Of a stretch of 64,000 bases of DNA, positions 37,901 through 46,833 are shown piece by piece (position 1 is the stretch's first letter; each line of letters opens with the position of its first letter). The notes under the pieces are model-generated. The model saw only the letters and a list, made by a program, of their open reading frames with translations. It made no database searches and was not told the DNA's origin. The stretch is from assembly GCA_026387175.1 (NCBI GenBank), contig JAPLME010000011.1:1856-65855 (forward strand). Direction: 5' to 3'. Source of the stretch: Candidatus Omnitrophota bacterium. Its GTDB lineage: Bacteria; Omnitrophota; Gorgyraeia; 2-01-FULL-45-10. The translations under genes and the position numbers were made by a program.

Positions 37901-39414
37901 TCGGCGGCATAAAAAGTTTCATAAATAATATAAAGATACCGCGCTTTCCGCGAAATATGAAATTCATGAAATTTGATTTTAAGGCCGGCGCCGTCGCGGT
38001 GGAGATAGGGAACGACTGGCTGAAGATATCCCAGAAGAGCCCCGCCAGGGGTAACGAGTTCATCTACCAGATCAGCCTCACCAAGCTGGCTGAGATCAAA
38101 GGCGGAGTAGCGCTCGCCATAGACGATATCTTCAAGGACCTCAAGCTTGACAGGCAGCATGTGGTAGCCTATATCCCGCGCCATCTGGTCACCGTGCGCA
38201 TGCTGGACCTGCCCGCCACGGATCCCAAAGAGATAAATGATATGATCAATCTGCAGGTGGGTAAACAGACGCCCTATTCGAAGGAAGAGATAGTGTCGTC
38301 GCATAAGATAATAGAGATCGGCGCCGCCGGATATGCCAAGGTTATGCTGGTCATAGCGGCGCGCAATATCATCAACGAACGCACGGATACGCTTGTAAAG
38401 GCCGGCCTGGACATAAAGAGGGTCGCCATATCTTCCGAGGGAGTTTTCAACTGGTTTACCACCATTCACATGCCGCGCTTAAAACTGGATGATTCTCAAG
38501 GTGTGGTAGTGGTGGATATAGATTCCAACTATTCGGATTTCATAGTTATACGCAGAGGGAAGATGGTCTTTACCAGAAACATATTCATAGGCGCAAATCA
38601 CCTCATGCAGGACTCGGACGAGTGGCGGGATAAGTTTGCGGAGGAATTGAAACGGTCCTTCGAACGGCACCAGAGCGAGGAAAAGAACGTAAAGATAGTA
38701 AAGATGTTTTTGAGCGGCGCGGGAGCGAATATAAAAGGGCTGGATATTGTCTTGAGCGCCGGCATCGGGCTCCCCATTGAGGGCATAGACCAGCTTAGCG
38801 ATATCCGCGCGAGAAATAGCATCGAAGCTTTGCGGGCCGAGAATTTCAGGTACGTTTCGCTGACCCAGCTTCTCGGGGTGTCGATGACCGACAAGGAGCC
38901 GCAGATCGATCTCACGACCGGCGAGCAGAAGGTCCAGCATCTGATGGACACGAAGAGGAAACAGCTTACCGTAATGGGGATATTGATAGCATCGATCGTT
39001 ACAATGCTGTCGTTCCTGTGCCTGACGGATATTTATAATAAGAACGCGTATCTATCGAAGCTGAAACGCATGGCGACAAAGATAGGCGCGGACGCGGATG
39101 ATATCGAAAAGATGCGGGCGGTGATCAGCCTGGTGGAGAAACGCCTGGATTCCCGCGGTTCTTCGATAGAGGTGATAAATGAGATATACAAGATCACCCC
39201 TAAAGAGATATATCTTACGGATATAAATATAGACGAAAAACAGACGGTGGTTCTGAAGGGCGGGGGCCTCGCGATGTCGGACGTATTTAAATATGTCAAG
39301 AAGCTCGAAGAATCGGATATGCTCGAGAATGTCAAGACCACATACACGACGACCAAGAAAGATAAGGATACCGAATTCGCGGAGTTTGAGATATCCTGCA
39401 CTTATCAAAAATAA
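37897..39414 (+). CDS. PilM/GspL-like actin-fold protein fused to a PilN-like TM/periplasmic domain
   Basis: AVEIGNDWLKI, VVVDIDSNYSDF, MFLSGAGANIKGL actin-like motifs, then one TM and a PilN-like tail (ITPKEIYLTDI...YVKKLE...FEISC). Confidence 0.8.
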   Translation: MIGGIKSFINNIKIPRFPRNMKFMKFDFKAGAVAVEIGNDWLKISQKSPARGNEFIYQISLTKLAEIKGGVALAIDDIFKDLKLDRQHVVAYIPRHLVTVRMLDLPATDPKEINDMINLQVGKQTPYSKEEIVSSHKIIEIGAAGYAKVMLVIAARNIINERTDTLVKAGLDIKRVAISSEGVFNWFTTIHMPRLKLDDSQGVVVVDIDSNYSDFIVIRRGKMVFTRNIFIGANHLMQDSDEWRDKFAEELKRSFERHQSEEKNVKIVKMFLSGAGANIKGLDIVLSAGIGLPIEGIDQLSDIRARNSIEALRAENFRYVSLTQLLGVSMTDKEPQIDLTTGEQKVQHLMDTKRKQLTVMGILIASIVTMLSFLCLTDIYNKNAYLSKLKRMATKIGADADDIEKMRAVISLVEKRLDSRGSSIEVINEIYKITPKEIYLTDINIDEKQTVVLKGGGLAMSDVFKYVKKLEESDMLENVKTTYTTTKKDKDTEFAEFEISCTYQK

Positions 39415-39426
39415 CGGGAACCGAAC

Positions 39427-39972
39427 ATGATCAATATGGAATTTTTTTATAAATTATCGAAGAAGGAAAAGATAGGGCTGATGGCGGCCATCGTAGTCAT
39501 AGCGCTTATGCTCATCGACAGGCTCGTCATAAGCCCCATAGGCAACAGGATCCAGCGTATAGACCAGGAGATAAAATTCAGCGAGAAAAAATTGAGCCGC
39601 GACCTGCGTAATATGAATAATAAGGATATCATCGAAAGAGAGTATAAGAAGTATAAAAATTATGTGAAGAAGAGCTCCGTCTCGGACGAAGAAGATGTGG
39701 CAAATATACTCGGGGAGATAGAGGGCCTGGCGCGTTCATCCAGCGTCAGCCTGGTCGATATAAAGCCGCAGGCTCCGAAGCGGGCCGATTTTTACAAAGA
39801 GTACGCTATCGAGGTGGAAGTGGAAGGCAGCATGGAACAGGTCATCACTTTCCTGCACGACCTGAATAGCTCCGCGCAGTTATTGAGAGCGGTGAAACTC
39901 CGTATCGGTCTTAAAGACAAAGAATTATCCGCTATAAAAGCGTCCCTCCTTGTGACCAAGATCTCAATATAA
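39427..39972 (+). CDS. PilO/GspM-like alignment-complex protein
   Basis: LSKKEK + single TM, coiled coil, LARSSSV...IKP...EVEVEGSMEQVITFL. Confidence 0.8.
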   Translation: MINMEFFYKLSKKEKIGLMAAIVVIALMLIDRLVISPIGNRIQRIDQEIKFSEKKLSRDLRNMNNKDIIEREYKKYKNYVKKSSVSDEEDVANILGEIEGLARSSSVSLVDIKPQAPKRADFYKEYAIEVEVEGSMEQVITFLHDLNSSAQLLRAVKLRIGLKDKELSAIKASLLVTKISI

Positions 39973-40010
39973 ACCGTTTCGATATAAGCGATATAAGGAC
40001 CGGGTCCTGT

Positions 40011-40043
40011 GCCAATAGGGGAAGTGTCCCCTTGGCCGTTTTT
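40011..40043 (+). terminator. Probable intrinsic terminator closing the giant-gene/ATPase/T2SS operon
   Basis: GCCA-AT-AGGGGA-agtg-TCCCCT-TGGC hairpin followed by CGTTTTT, between convergent genes. Confidence 0.45.
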
Positions 40044-40365
40044 ACCGCGGTGACGTAGCTATCTGCGAGAATTTTTCCGGGTGTTTTATGAAATGCTTTG
40101 CGCACGCGTCACAGCACAGATTGTAGATCTTGCCCTTATATTCGATTTTGATGCAGTTGGCCTTATCGATATCATCGTCTGAAACCGGGCAGCGGAAGTT
40201 CTTTACGCTTTCAGCCGTGCTGCTTACCTGTTCTTCTTTTGTCAGGATTTTAGCCTCGTCACTCTCATCCCCGCATACACCGTTTCCAGCCCCGATGCCT
40301 GCGCATAAAAGCAGGGCTAAAGCTATTATAAAGACACTTTTTTTCAATATATTAAATATATTCAT
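40042..40365 (-). CDS. Exported YHS/TRASH-domain protein
   Basis: CPVS...EYKGKIYNLCCDACAKHF..HPEKF, signal peptide, AGGAG RBS on the minus strand. Confidence 0.85.
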   Translation of the reverse strand: MNIFNILKKSVFIIALALLLCAGIGAGNGVCGDESDEAKILTKEEQVSSTAESVKNFRCPVSDDDIDKANCIKIEYKGKIYNLCCDACAKHFIKHPEKFSQIATSPR

Positions 40366-40440
40366 ATATCCTCCTTACGGTATCCTCACATCTAAAGTAT
40401 ATCATAAAACTCGCTATAAGGGGAACGGAGGCGAATATTG

Positions 40441-40469
40441 TTGAAAAATGTGAAAATGGCGTGTAAAAT
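40441..40469 (+). promoter_or_regulatory. Sigma70-type promoter
   Basis: TTGAAA-17 bp-TAAAAT, ending 7 nt before ATG 40477. Confidence 0.55.
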
Positions 40470-40476
40470 CAATAAA

Positions 40477-41427
40477 ATGAAACGCGCCTTCCAAATCCTG
40501 GTGATCACTATTATAGCGATATCTCTTTATTCGCTCACTCCGATGGTATCGTTATACCTGAAAAAAGACGTCCGCCAGCCTACTAACGCGGAAATTGCCG
40601 AAAAGCTGAAGAAGAACAAGGGGGAATATTTCGGTTTCATCGTCTTCGGGGATAATCACGCGGGCTTCATATTCGATGACAGCGCTTTCCTTAAACTCAT
40701 ACGGACCATGAACAGAGAGGATCGCTTTAAGAAGCTGCCGATAGATTTCGCGGCTAACATGGGCGATGTCACGTTCTCGAAGGGAAAAGAGTCCGATTAC
40801 ATTATGTACGACCGCCTGCGCTCGATGCTAAAGTGGCCGGTGGTAAGCGTGATGGGCAATCATGACTACCAGAATGGTGGCTGGCGCAGGTTCAATAAAC
40901 ACATAGGAAGCGCTGATTTCTCATTTGTCGATCGAAACTCATACTTTATTATACTGGATAATAAGATCACGGATATTTCTCAGAAACAATTTGAATGGCT
41001 CGATGAAGAGCTGGCCAAGGCCTCCGCTTACAAACACAAGTTTATATTCATGCATAAGTCGCCCATCTCCCTTTATCAGCAATCATGGTTCAGGCCCGAA
41101 CTGGGCCCCTGGTCATACAGGATAATGAAACTTTGCCAGAAATACGGGGTGGATATCGTATTCTCCGGACACGAACATATGTTCAGAGAGAGTGTTTTCG
41201 GGGGAGTGCGCTATGTAACATCCGGCGGCGCCGGTATGCTCACGCAGATACCGGAATCGGAGGGAGGATTTTTACATTATGTAGTGGTCAGGGTGTACGG
41301 TGACTATGTTGATTATGAAGTCAGAAAAGTCTTCCCGCCGTTCTGGGAATCCGTCACGTACTATATGTGGAAAGAAGCGTTCTATTGCCTGAAAAGAGTT
41401 TTCCTTAGGGACGGATTTCTGTTTTAA
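40477..41427 (+). CDS. Calcineurin-like metallophosphoesterase, N-terminally anchored or exported
   Basis: GDNH, MGDVT, MGNHD, FMHKS, FSGHEH motifs. Start placed at ATG 40477. Confidence 0.88.
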   Translation: MKRAFQILVITIIAISLYSLTPMVSLYLKKDVRQPTNAEIAEKLKKNKGEYFGFIVFGDNHAGFIFDDSAFLKLIRTMNREDRFKKLPIDFAANMGDVTFSKGKESDYIMYDRLRSMLKWPVVSVMGNHDYQNGGWRRFNKHIGSADFSFVDRNSYFIILDNKITDISQKQFEWLDEELAKASAYKHKFIFMHKSPISLYQQSWFRPELGPWSYRIMKLCQKYGVDIVFSGHEHMFRESVFGGVRYVTSGGAGMLTQIPESEGGFLHYVVVRVYGDYVDYEVRKVFPPFWESVTYYMWKEAFYCLKRVFLRDGFLF

Positions 41428-41443
41428 CCCCACCGCCTAAACG

Positions 41444-42538
41444 ATGAGAATATTAAGAGATTACATATTAAAAGAGTTCTTCCACTCATTCTTCCTGACG
41501 CTGGTGGTATTCACCTTTGTATTCCTGGTGGGCAACATTATCACACTCGCCAATTATATCATCAATAAAGGCGTCGATCCGTTATCGATATTAAAGCTTT
41601 TCATATACCTGATCCCATGGCTCCTGAGCTTCACTTTGCCGATAGCGGTCCTTACGGCCTCGATACTCTCCTTCGGACGGCTCTCGGCCGACGGCGAGCT
41701 GACCGCGATGAAGGCCAGCGGCGTATCGCTATTCCGCGTATCGATACCCATCATCATGGTCGGGGTGCTGTGCAGTTTCTTCGCGTTCTTTCTGAACGAC
41801 CAGATATCGCCCAACGCTTCATTCGCTTCGCGGCGGGTGATAAAGGAGATAGGGATACGCTCCCCGGCGGCGGCCCTGGAGGAAGGCACTTTTATCAGGG
41901 GTTTCGAGAACTATATAATATTCATCCATGAAATAAAAGGCAATAAGCTGAAGAACATAAGGATATACCAGCCGCAGGAAGGGAAGCCCACGCGCACTAT
42001 AGTAGCGGAGGCGGGCGAGATCAACTCTATACCGGCAAAAAATCTTATAGAGCTTAAGCTGTATAACGGGACCAGCGAGGAGCCTTCTCCGACCGACCCC
42101 GACAGTTTCTATAAACTCAATTTCAAGACATACTTCATGTCGCTCGACCTCAGTAAGGTATTCAAAAATGAGAAGATACAGAAGAAGACCAGGGAGATGA
42201 CTATAAATGAGCTCAACGCGGAGATAAAGAATTGCGTCGACCAGAAGATCGATCCGACGCCGCTTCGCGTCGAGATATATAAGAAGATAAATATATCGAT
42301 CGCGACGCTGATATTCGCGCTGATAGGCATACCTCTGGGAGTGAAGACGGAGCGCAGCGAAAAATCCGTAGGATTTGTCCTGGGGTCCGTTCTATTCGGG
42401 GTCTACTGGGCCGCTTTTTCAGGCATGATAGTCGTTGCCGCGACCTCCAAGATACCGCCGATGCTGGCCGCGGCGCTGCCTAACATTGTATTTTTCAGTA
42501 TAGGGCTGATACTATTCATCTGGACAGCCAGAAAGTAG
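41444..42538 (+). CDS. LptF/LptG family LPS export permease
   Basis: MRILRDYILKEF, FGRLSADGELTAMKASGVS, 3 TM + periplasmic domain + 3 TM. Confidence 0.9.
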   Translation: MRILRDYILKEFFHSFFLTLVVFTFVFLVGNIITLANYIINKGVDPLSILKLFIYLIPWLLSFTLPIAVLTASILSFGRLSADGELTAMKASGVSLFRVSIPIIMVGVLCSFFAFFLNDQISPNASFASRRVIKEIGIRSPAAALEEGTFIRGFENYIIFIHEIKGNKLKNIRIYQPQEGKPTRTIVAEAGEINSIPAKNLIELKLYNGTSEEPSPTDPDSFYKLNFKTYFMSLDLSKVFKNEKIQKKTREMTINELNAEIKNCVDQKIDPTPLRVEIYKKINISIATLIFALIGIPLGVKTERSEKSVGFVLGSVLFGVYWAAFSGMIVVAATSKIPPMLAAALPNIVFFSIGLILFIWTARK

Positions 42539-42546
42539 GATGAGAG

Positions 42547-43497
42547 ATGCCGGAAATGTATGATATAGCGATAATCGGCGGAGGCCCGGCGGGCCTTACG
42601 GCAGGGCTCTATGCGTCCCGCGCCAGGATGAAGACGGTCATGATAGAAAAAATGGTGTGCGGCGGCCAGGTGCTGATAACGGACACGATAGAGAATTTTC
42701 CCGGCTTTCCCGAAGGCATAAAAGGCCCGGAGCTTGCCGACTTGATGTCCAGGCAGGCGGGCCATTTTGGACTTGAGGTGAGGCAGGCGGAAGCCTCCGG
42801 CGTGATCCTTAAGAAGAAAGAGAACGAGGCTTTCTCGGTAGAGTTTACCGATGGAATGAAGCTCGAGGCGCTCTCACTGATAGTGTCGACCGGAGCCAGA
42901 TGGAATTCTCTCGGCGTGCCGGGTGAGAAAGAGCTTACCGGCAGAGGCGTGTCGTATTGCGCCACATGCGATGGGCCGCTCTTTAAGGGGAAGGAAGTGG
43001 CGGTGATAGGGGGCGGGGATACGGCCCTGGAGGACGCGCTATTCCTCACCAGGTTCGCGGATAAGGTTACAATAATCCACCGCCGTGACCGGTTCAGGGG
43101 CACAAAGATACTTCAGGAGCGGGTAGGCGCGAATAGTAAGATAGAAGTCCGTTTTAATTCTGTAGCGGTCAGTATATCAGGATCCAGGAAGTGCGAGGCC
43201 GTAGAAATAAAGGATGTCAGGACGGGAGGCACCGATTCGATCAAAGTCAGCGGTGTATTTGTCCTGATAGGCATGGCGCCGAACTCGGAAAGCTTTAAAG
43301 GCATCATCGGGATGGATGATAAAGGCTATATAATCTGCGATGACGATATGAAGACGTCCATAGACGGCATATTTGCCTGCGGCGACGTGCGCAGGAAGCT
43401 ATTAAGGCAGGTCGTGACGGCCTGCGGCGACGGCGCGACGGCCGCTTTCAGCGCCCAGCATTATGTGGAGCGCCTGAAGGGCGTCGAGTACAAATGA
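42547..43497 (+). CDS. trxB: Thioredoxin-disulfide reductase
   Basis: GGGPAGLTAG, GVSYCATCDG, GGGDTA, IHRRD, FACGDV. Confidence 0.96.
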   Translation: MPEMYDIAIIGGGPAGLTAGLYASRARMKTVMIEKMVCGGQVLITDTIENFPGFPEGIKGPELADLMSRQAGHFGLEVRQAEASGVILKKKENEAFSVEFTDGMKLEALSLIVSTGARWNSLGVPGEKELTGRGVSYCATCDGPLFKGKEVAVIGGGDTALEDALFLTRFADKVTIIHRRDRFRGTKILQERVGANSKIEVRFNSVAVSISGSRKCEAVEIKDVRTGGTDSIKVSGVFVLIGMAPNSESFKGIIGMDDKGYIICDDDMKTSIDGIFACGDVRRKLLRQVVTACGDGATAAFSAQHYVERLKGVEYK

Positions 43498-43499
43498 TA

Positions 43500-43528
43500 T
43501 TGACTAAGCCCGCCATTCATGTTAGTTT
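43500..43528 (+). promoter_or_regulatory. Sigma70-type promoter of the tRNA gene
   Basis: TTGACT-17 bp-TAGTTT with TGn extended -10. Confidence 0.5.
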
Positions 43529-43555
43529 AGATTTCGATATTTTGGAATATATTGT

Positions 43556-43630
43556 GCCGAGGTAGCTCAGCGGTAGAGCGCTGCCCTGAAAAGGCAGGCG
43601 TGGCGTGTTCGACTCACGCCCTCGGCACCA
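43556..43630 (+). tRNA. tRNA-Phe (GAA)
   Basis: Full cloverleaf: GCCGAGG/CCTCGGC acceptor, GCTC/GAGC D-stem, CTGCC-CTGAAAA-GGCAG anticodon arm, GCGTG-TTCGACT-CACGC T arm, encoded CCA. Confidence 0.97.
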
Positions 43631-43692
43631 TTTTATTGTCCGAAAAATCTGCTAGGGGGCGGGTAGAGAGTGAGATTGGAACAAGGAAAAAC

Positions 43693-44193
43693 ATGAAAAC
43701 TGTCTTCAAGGGAAAATTATTAAAAGTGTTTGTTAAGAAGGTGAGGCTGCCGCATGGGTACCTCGCCACTTACGAGATGGTCCGGCATCCCGGGGCAGCG
43801 CTTATCGTGCCGTTTCTGACCGGCGGCAAAGTCATAATGCTGAAGCAGCTCAGGCCCGTCATCGGAAAATACATCTATGAATTGCCGGCGGGCACGCTCG
43901 GTAAGAATGAAGTGCCTCTATCATGCGCTCGACGGGAGATAGTGGAAGAGACTGGTTATTCGGCCGGTAAATTTAAGCTTCTGGGCGCTATCTATCCCGT
44001 ACCGGGGTATTCCACGGAGAAGATATTTATATATAAGGCGGAGGGCCTGAAGAGGGAAGAACGTGCCCCCGAGGAAGATGAAGTGATAGAAGCCGAGGTC
44101 CTCACGCGGGCGCAAATAAAGAAGCTATTTAAATCCGGCAAGATCGTTGACGCAAAGACGATAGCGGCGCTGGCCTTCTGCGGGTGGTTATAA
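43693..44193 (+). CDS. NUDIX hydrolase (ADP-ribose pyrophosphatase-like)
   Basis: HPGA, ELPAG...ARREIVEETGY Nudix box, DAKT. ATG 43693 has an AAGGA RBS; the ORF-track start runs through the tRNA. Confidence 0.9.
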   Translation: MKTVFKGKLLKVFVKKVRLPHGYLATYEMVRHPGAALIVPFLTGGKVIMLKQLRPVIGKYIYELPAGTLGKNEVPLSCARREIVEETGYSAGKFKLLGAIYPVPGYSTEKIFIYKAEGLKREERAPEEDEVIEAEVLTRAQIKKLFKSGKIVDAKTIAALAFCGWL

Positions 44194-44197
44194 TATT

Positions 44198-45376
44198 ATG
44201 AAAGAGAATTCGGTAAAATTGAGAAGCGGCCGAAACGGAATATTGCGGCCAAACCATCCCTGGATATACAAAGGCCAATTGTTACATCCGGCAGAGCCGA
44301 TAAAAGGCGGAAGCGTAGTGAGCGTATGGACTTCCGATAATAAATTCGCGGGCCGCGGCTATTATAACCCCACCTCCGAGATTACAGTAAGGCTGCTCAC
44401 ATTTAAAGACGAACCCATAGACGACGCGTTTATCGACCGGAAGATAAAAGAGGCCGTGGCCAGAAGGGTGCCTCTGAGACAGCGGACGAACGCCTATCGC
44501 GCTGTATTCAGCGAGGCCGACGGCCTCCCCGGGCTTATAGTCGATATCTACGCGGATACGGCAGTATTCCAGATATTGACGCTCGGTATGGAGCGATTCA
44601 TAGAAGCGATCGCCGCGGCCATCAGGAGAAACACCGGCGCGCGGTATGTATATGAGAAGAGCGACGGGCCCTTCAGGAAGCGCGAAGGCCTGAAGGTCGT
44701 AAAGAGCTGGCATGGCGATAAGGGCAATAGATATATCACGATATCCGAAGGGAAAGCCAAATTTGTTGTCGACATATACGAGGGGCATAAGACCGGATTT
44801 TATCTCGATCAGCGTTCATCCAGGCTTGCCATGCATACGATATCGAAAGGCAAGAGCGTTCTGGACCTATTTTCGTATATAGGGGGATTTTCGATCCATG
44901 CGGCGCTTTCCGGCGCCGCCAGCGCAACAGCAGTCGATATAAAAGAGGACTGGCTGAAAACCGGCCATAGAAACGCCATCCTGAACAATGCAGCCGACAA
45001 AATAGAATTTGTAAAAGCCGATGCCTTTGAATATCTAAAGAAGACCTTCATCTCCGGAAAGAAATTTGATGTCATAATCGTCGATCCTCCGTCCTTTCTT
45101 AAAACACGCCATTCGCTCGCGAGCGCTTCGAAGGGCTATAAAGAGTTGAATTACATGGCGATAAAATGTCTTAACAAAGAAGGTGTGCTTGCGACCTTTT
45201 CATGTTCCCATAATATGCCGAATGAAGCGTTTTCCGCCCTTTTGAAAGAGGCCGCCTCCGAGGCGAGAAGGGAGTTCACCATATTGAAGAGATGTCATCA
45301 GGCGGAGGATCACCCGATAGTGCGATCGATCCCGGAAACCGAATACCTGAAGGGGTATTTTCTCAAGGTGAGTTGA
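44198..45376 (+). CDS. rlmI: RlmI-like class I SAM-dependent rRNA methyltransferase
   Basis: HPWIY PUA start, SEADGLPGLIVD, GHKTGFYLDQR, VLDLFSY, DPPSF, FSCS, DHP..PETEYLKG. Confidence 0.85.
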   Translation: MKENSVKLRSGRNGILRPNHPWIYKGQLLHPAEPIKGGSVVSVWTSDNKFAGRGYYNPTSEITVRLLTFKDEPIDDAFIDRKIKEAVARRVPLRQRTNAYRAVFSEADGLPGLIVDIYADTAVFQILTLGMERFIEAIAAAIRRNTGARYVYEKSDGPFRKREGLKVVKSWHGDKGNRYITISEGKAKFVVDIYEGHKTGFYLDQRSSRLAMHTISKGKSVLDLFSYIGGFSIHAALSGAASATAVDIKEDWLKTGHRNAILNNAADKIEFVKADAFEYLKKTFISGKKFDVIIVDPPSFLKTRHSLASASKGYKELNYMAIKCLNKEGVLATFSCSHNMPNEAFSALLKEAASEARREFTILKRCHQAEDHPIVRSIPETEYLKGYFLKVS

Positions 45377-45409
45377 CCCCCTTACCCTTAGGGCCCCACT
45401 GGAGGAAGA

Positions 45410-45540
45410 TAGGGACAGGTACAAAATTAAGATTAGACCTGTCCCCTCCCATTCTTACAATATAACCCGAATGAATAAAAAAATGGAGGGCGGGGTGGGG
45501 TAGGGGGACAGGTCTGAGATAAGATTTGTACCTGTCCCTA
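45410..45540. repeat. 131-bp REP-doublet/MITE-like palindromic element
   Basis: Perfect 16-bp terminal inverted repeats TAGGGACAGGTACAAA (45410-45425) / TTTGTACCTGTCCCTA (45525-45540), plus an inner 12-bp IR at 45435-45446 / 45504-45515. Confidence 0.75.
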
Positions 45541-45581
45541 AAGAACTAAAGAATAAAGAACTACTACAGAGGAATAAAGAT

Positions 45582-46376
45582 ATGTGCGCTAAGCTAAATC
45601 AGGTCCTGTCGCGGCTCCTGCCGGAAGGGACGATAAAAGAGAGATTGAAGAGCTCTTACTATAGCCTTTACTATAACAGGAAGCATTTCAAAGAGAATAA
45701 TTTCCGCGTTTATTATAAGGACGGGCATTTCGAATATAAATTCGACGAAGGCGTTACGTTCAGCTCATACGAAAATATGACGGATGAATTGAAACGCTCG
45801 CTTAAAGGGTATCTGGCTAAATATTCTTTGAAACCGGGCGACACTGTGATAGATTGCGGCGCGTATATAGGAGAATTTACATTATACGCCGGTGTGGCCG
45901 TGGGAGCGTCGGGTAAGGTTATCGCGTTCGAGCCGGATGCCGGAATATATAAAAAACTGCTCACCAATATCGAGCTTAACGGTTTAAAGAATGTTATAAC
46001 GGTAAATAAGGGGCTGTGGAGTAAGGACGGTGTCATGAAATTCGTCGGAGATAATATAAAAGGCTATTCATTCATGTTCGCCGAAAATATCGCAGGCGCG
46101 GTGGATACGCCGGTCGTGAGCCTCGATAACGAACTTGCCAGGCTTGAGGTTACGCATGTGAATTTCATTAAGGCGGATATAGAGGGTGCGGAGCTTGAGT
46201 TTATAAAAGGAGCCGTGAAGACCCTTGGCTCCGGAGACGTCAAAATCGCGATCGCCTCGTACCACAAAATAGACGGTAGGAAGTCCTTCCTTGAACTCGA
46301 AAAGATGCTGACCCAGCTCGGCTATAATCCCGAGACCTCTCATCCCGGACACCTCACTACCTACGCAAGTAAATAG
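45582..46376 (+). CDS. FkbM family methyltransferase
   Basis: VIDCGAYIG, VIAFEPD, FIKADIEGAE motifs. Confidence 0.9.
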   Translation: MCAKLNQVLSRLLPEGTIKERLKSSYYSLYYNRKHFKENNFRVYYKDGHFEYKFDEGVTFSSYENMTDELKRSLKGYLAKYSLKPGDTVIDCGAYIGEFTLYAGVAVGASGKVIAFEPDAGIYKKLLTNIELNGLKNVITVNKGLWSKDGVMKFVGDNIKGYSFMFAENIAGAVDTPVVSLDNELARLEVTHVNFIKADIEGAELEFIKGAVKTLGSGDVKIAIASYHKIDGRKSFLELEKMLTQLGYNPETSHPGHLTTYASK

Positions 46377-46833
46377 ATTTTTCGGCTGCAACGCGAAGGC
46401 AGGAAACTTTCGGCACCTTGCTTCCGCTTGCCGCTCGCTCGGAATAGGCTTCCTCGCTCGCTGTTGCTAAAATTTCGATGGTGAAGCCTGTACCGCCTAT
46501 AGGTATCGAAATTTTAGAAAGTCGCTCCAGCAAAGTGCCAAAAGTTCCCTGCCATCTCGCAGAGGCCGAAAAATCTCTTAGGGGAGCGGAGGCGAAAATA
46601 TCCTGGCGTATAATGCGGTAGCGGGAATTTTTTAGGGGTGACGCTCTTTCCAGCCTTTTTTCGAATAAGAGGCGGTACGTAGTGGGGCTTGCCACGATCG
46701 ACTAGTTCTACGTGCAAGAGTCGGACACAGCCTCGAATAGGAAAAAAGGCGAAAGAGCGGCAGGACCCCTAAAAAATTCATAAACCATGAAAGACCCGAA
46801 GGATATTTTTGCCGTAGTGAAGGATATTTTCGC
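46375..46833. ncRNA. Candidate large structured RNA or nested palindromic element (two long stem domains)
   Basis: Multiple 9-25-bp helices (see findings); no credible ORF; family not recognised. Confidence 0.5.

Noticed and set aside
43552-43692. N-terminal extension of the NUDIX ORF
   Set aside because: It runs through tRNA-Phe; ATG 43693 has its own RBS.
46375-46833. tmRNA, RNase P or SRP RNA
   Set aside because: I found no tRNA-like ends, no GAGGAAAGUCC motif and no SRP loop motif on either strand.
43556-46833. tRNA-anchored genomic island or prophage
   Set aside because: There is no integrase and no duplicated tRNA 3' end; the neighbouring genes are housekeeping.
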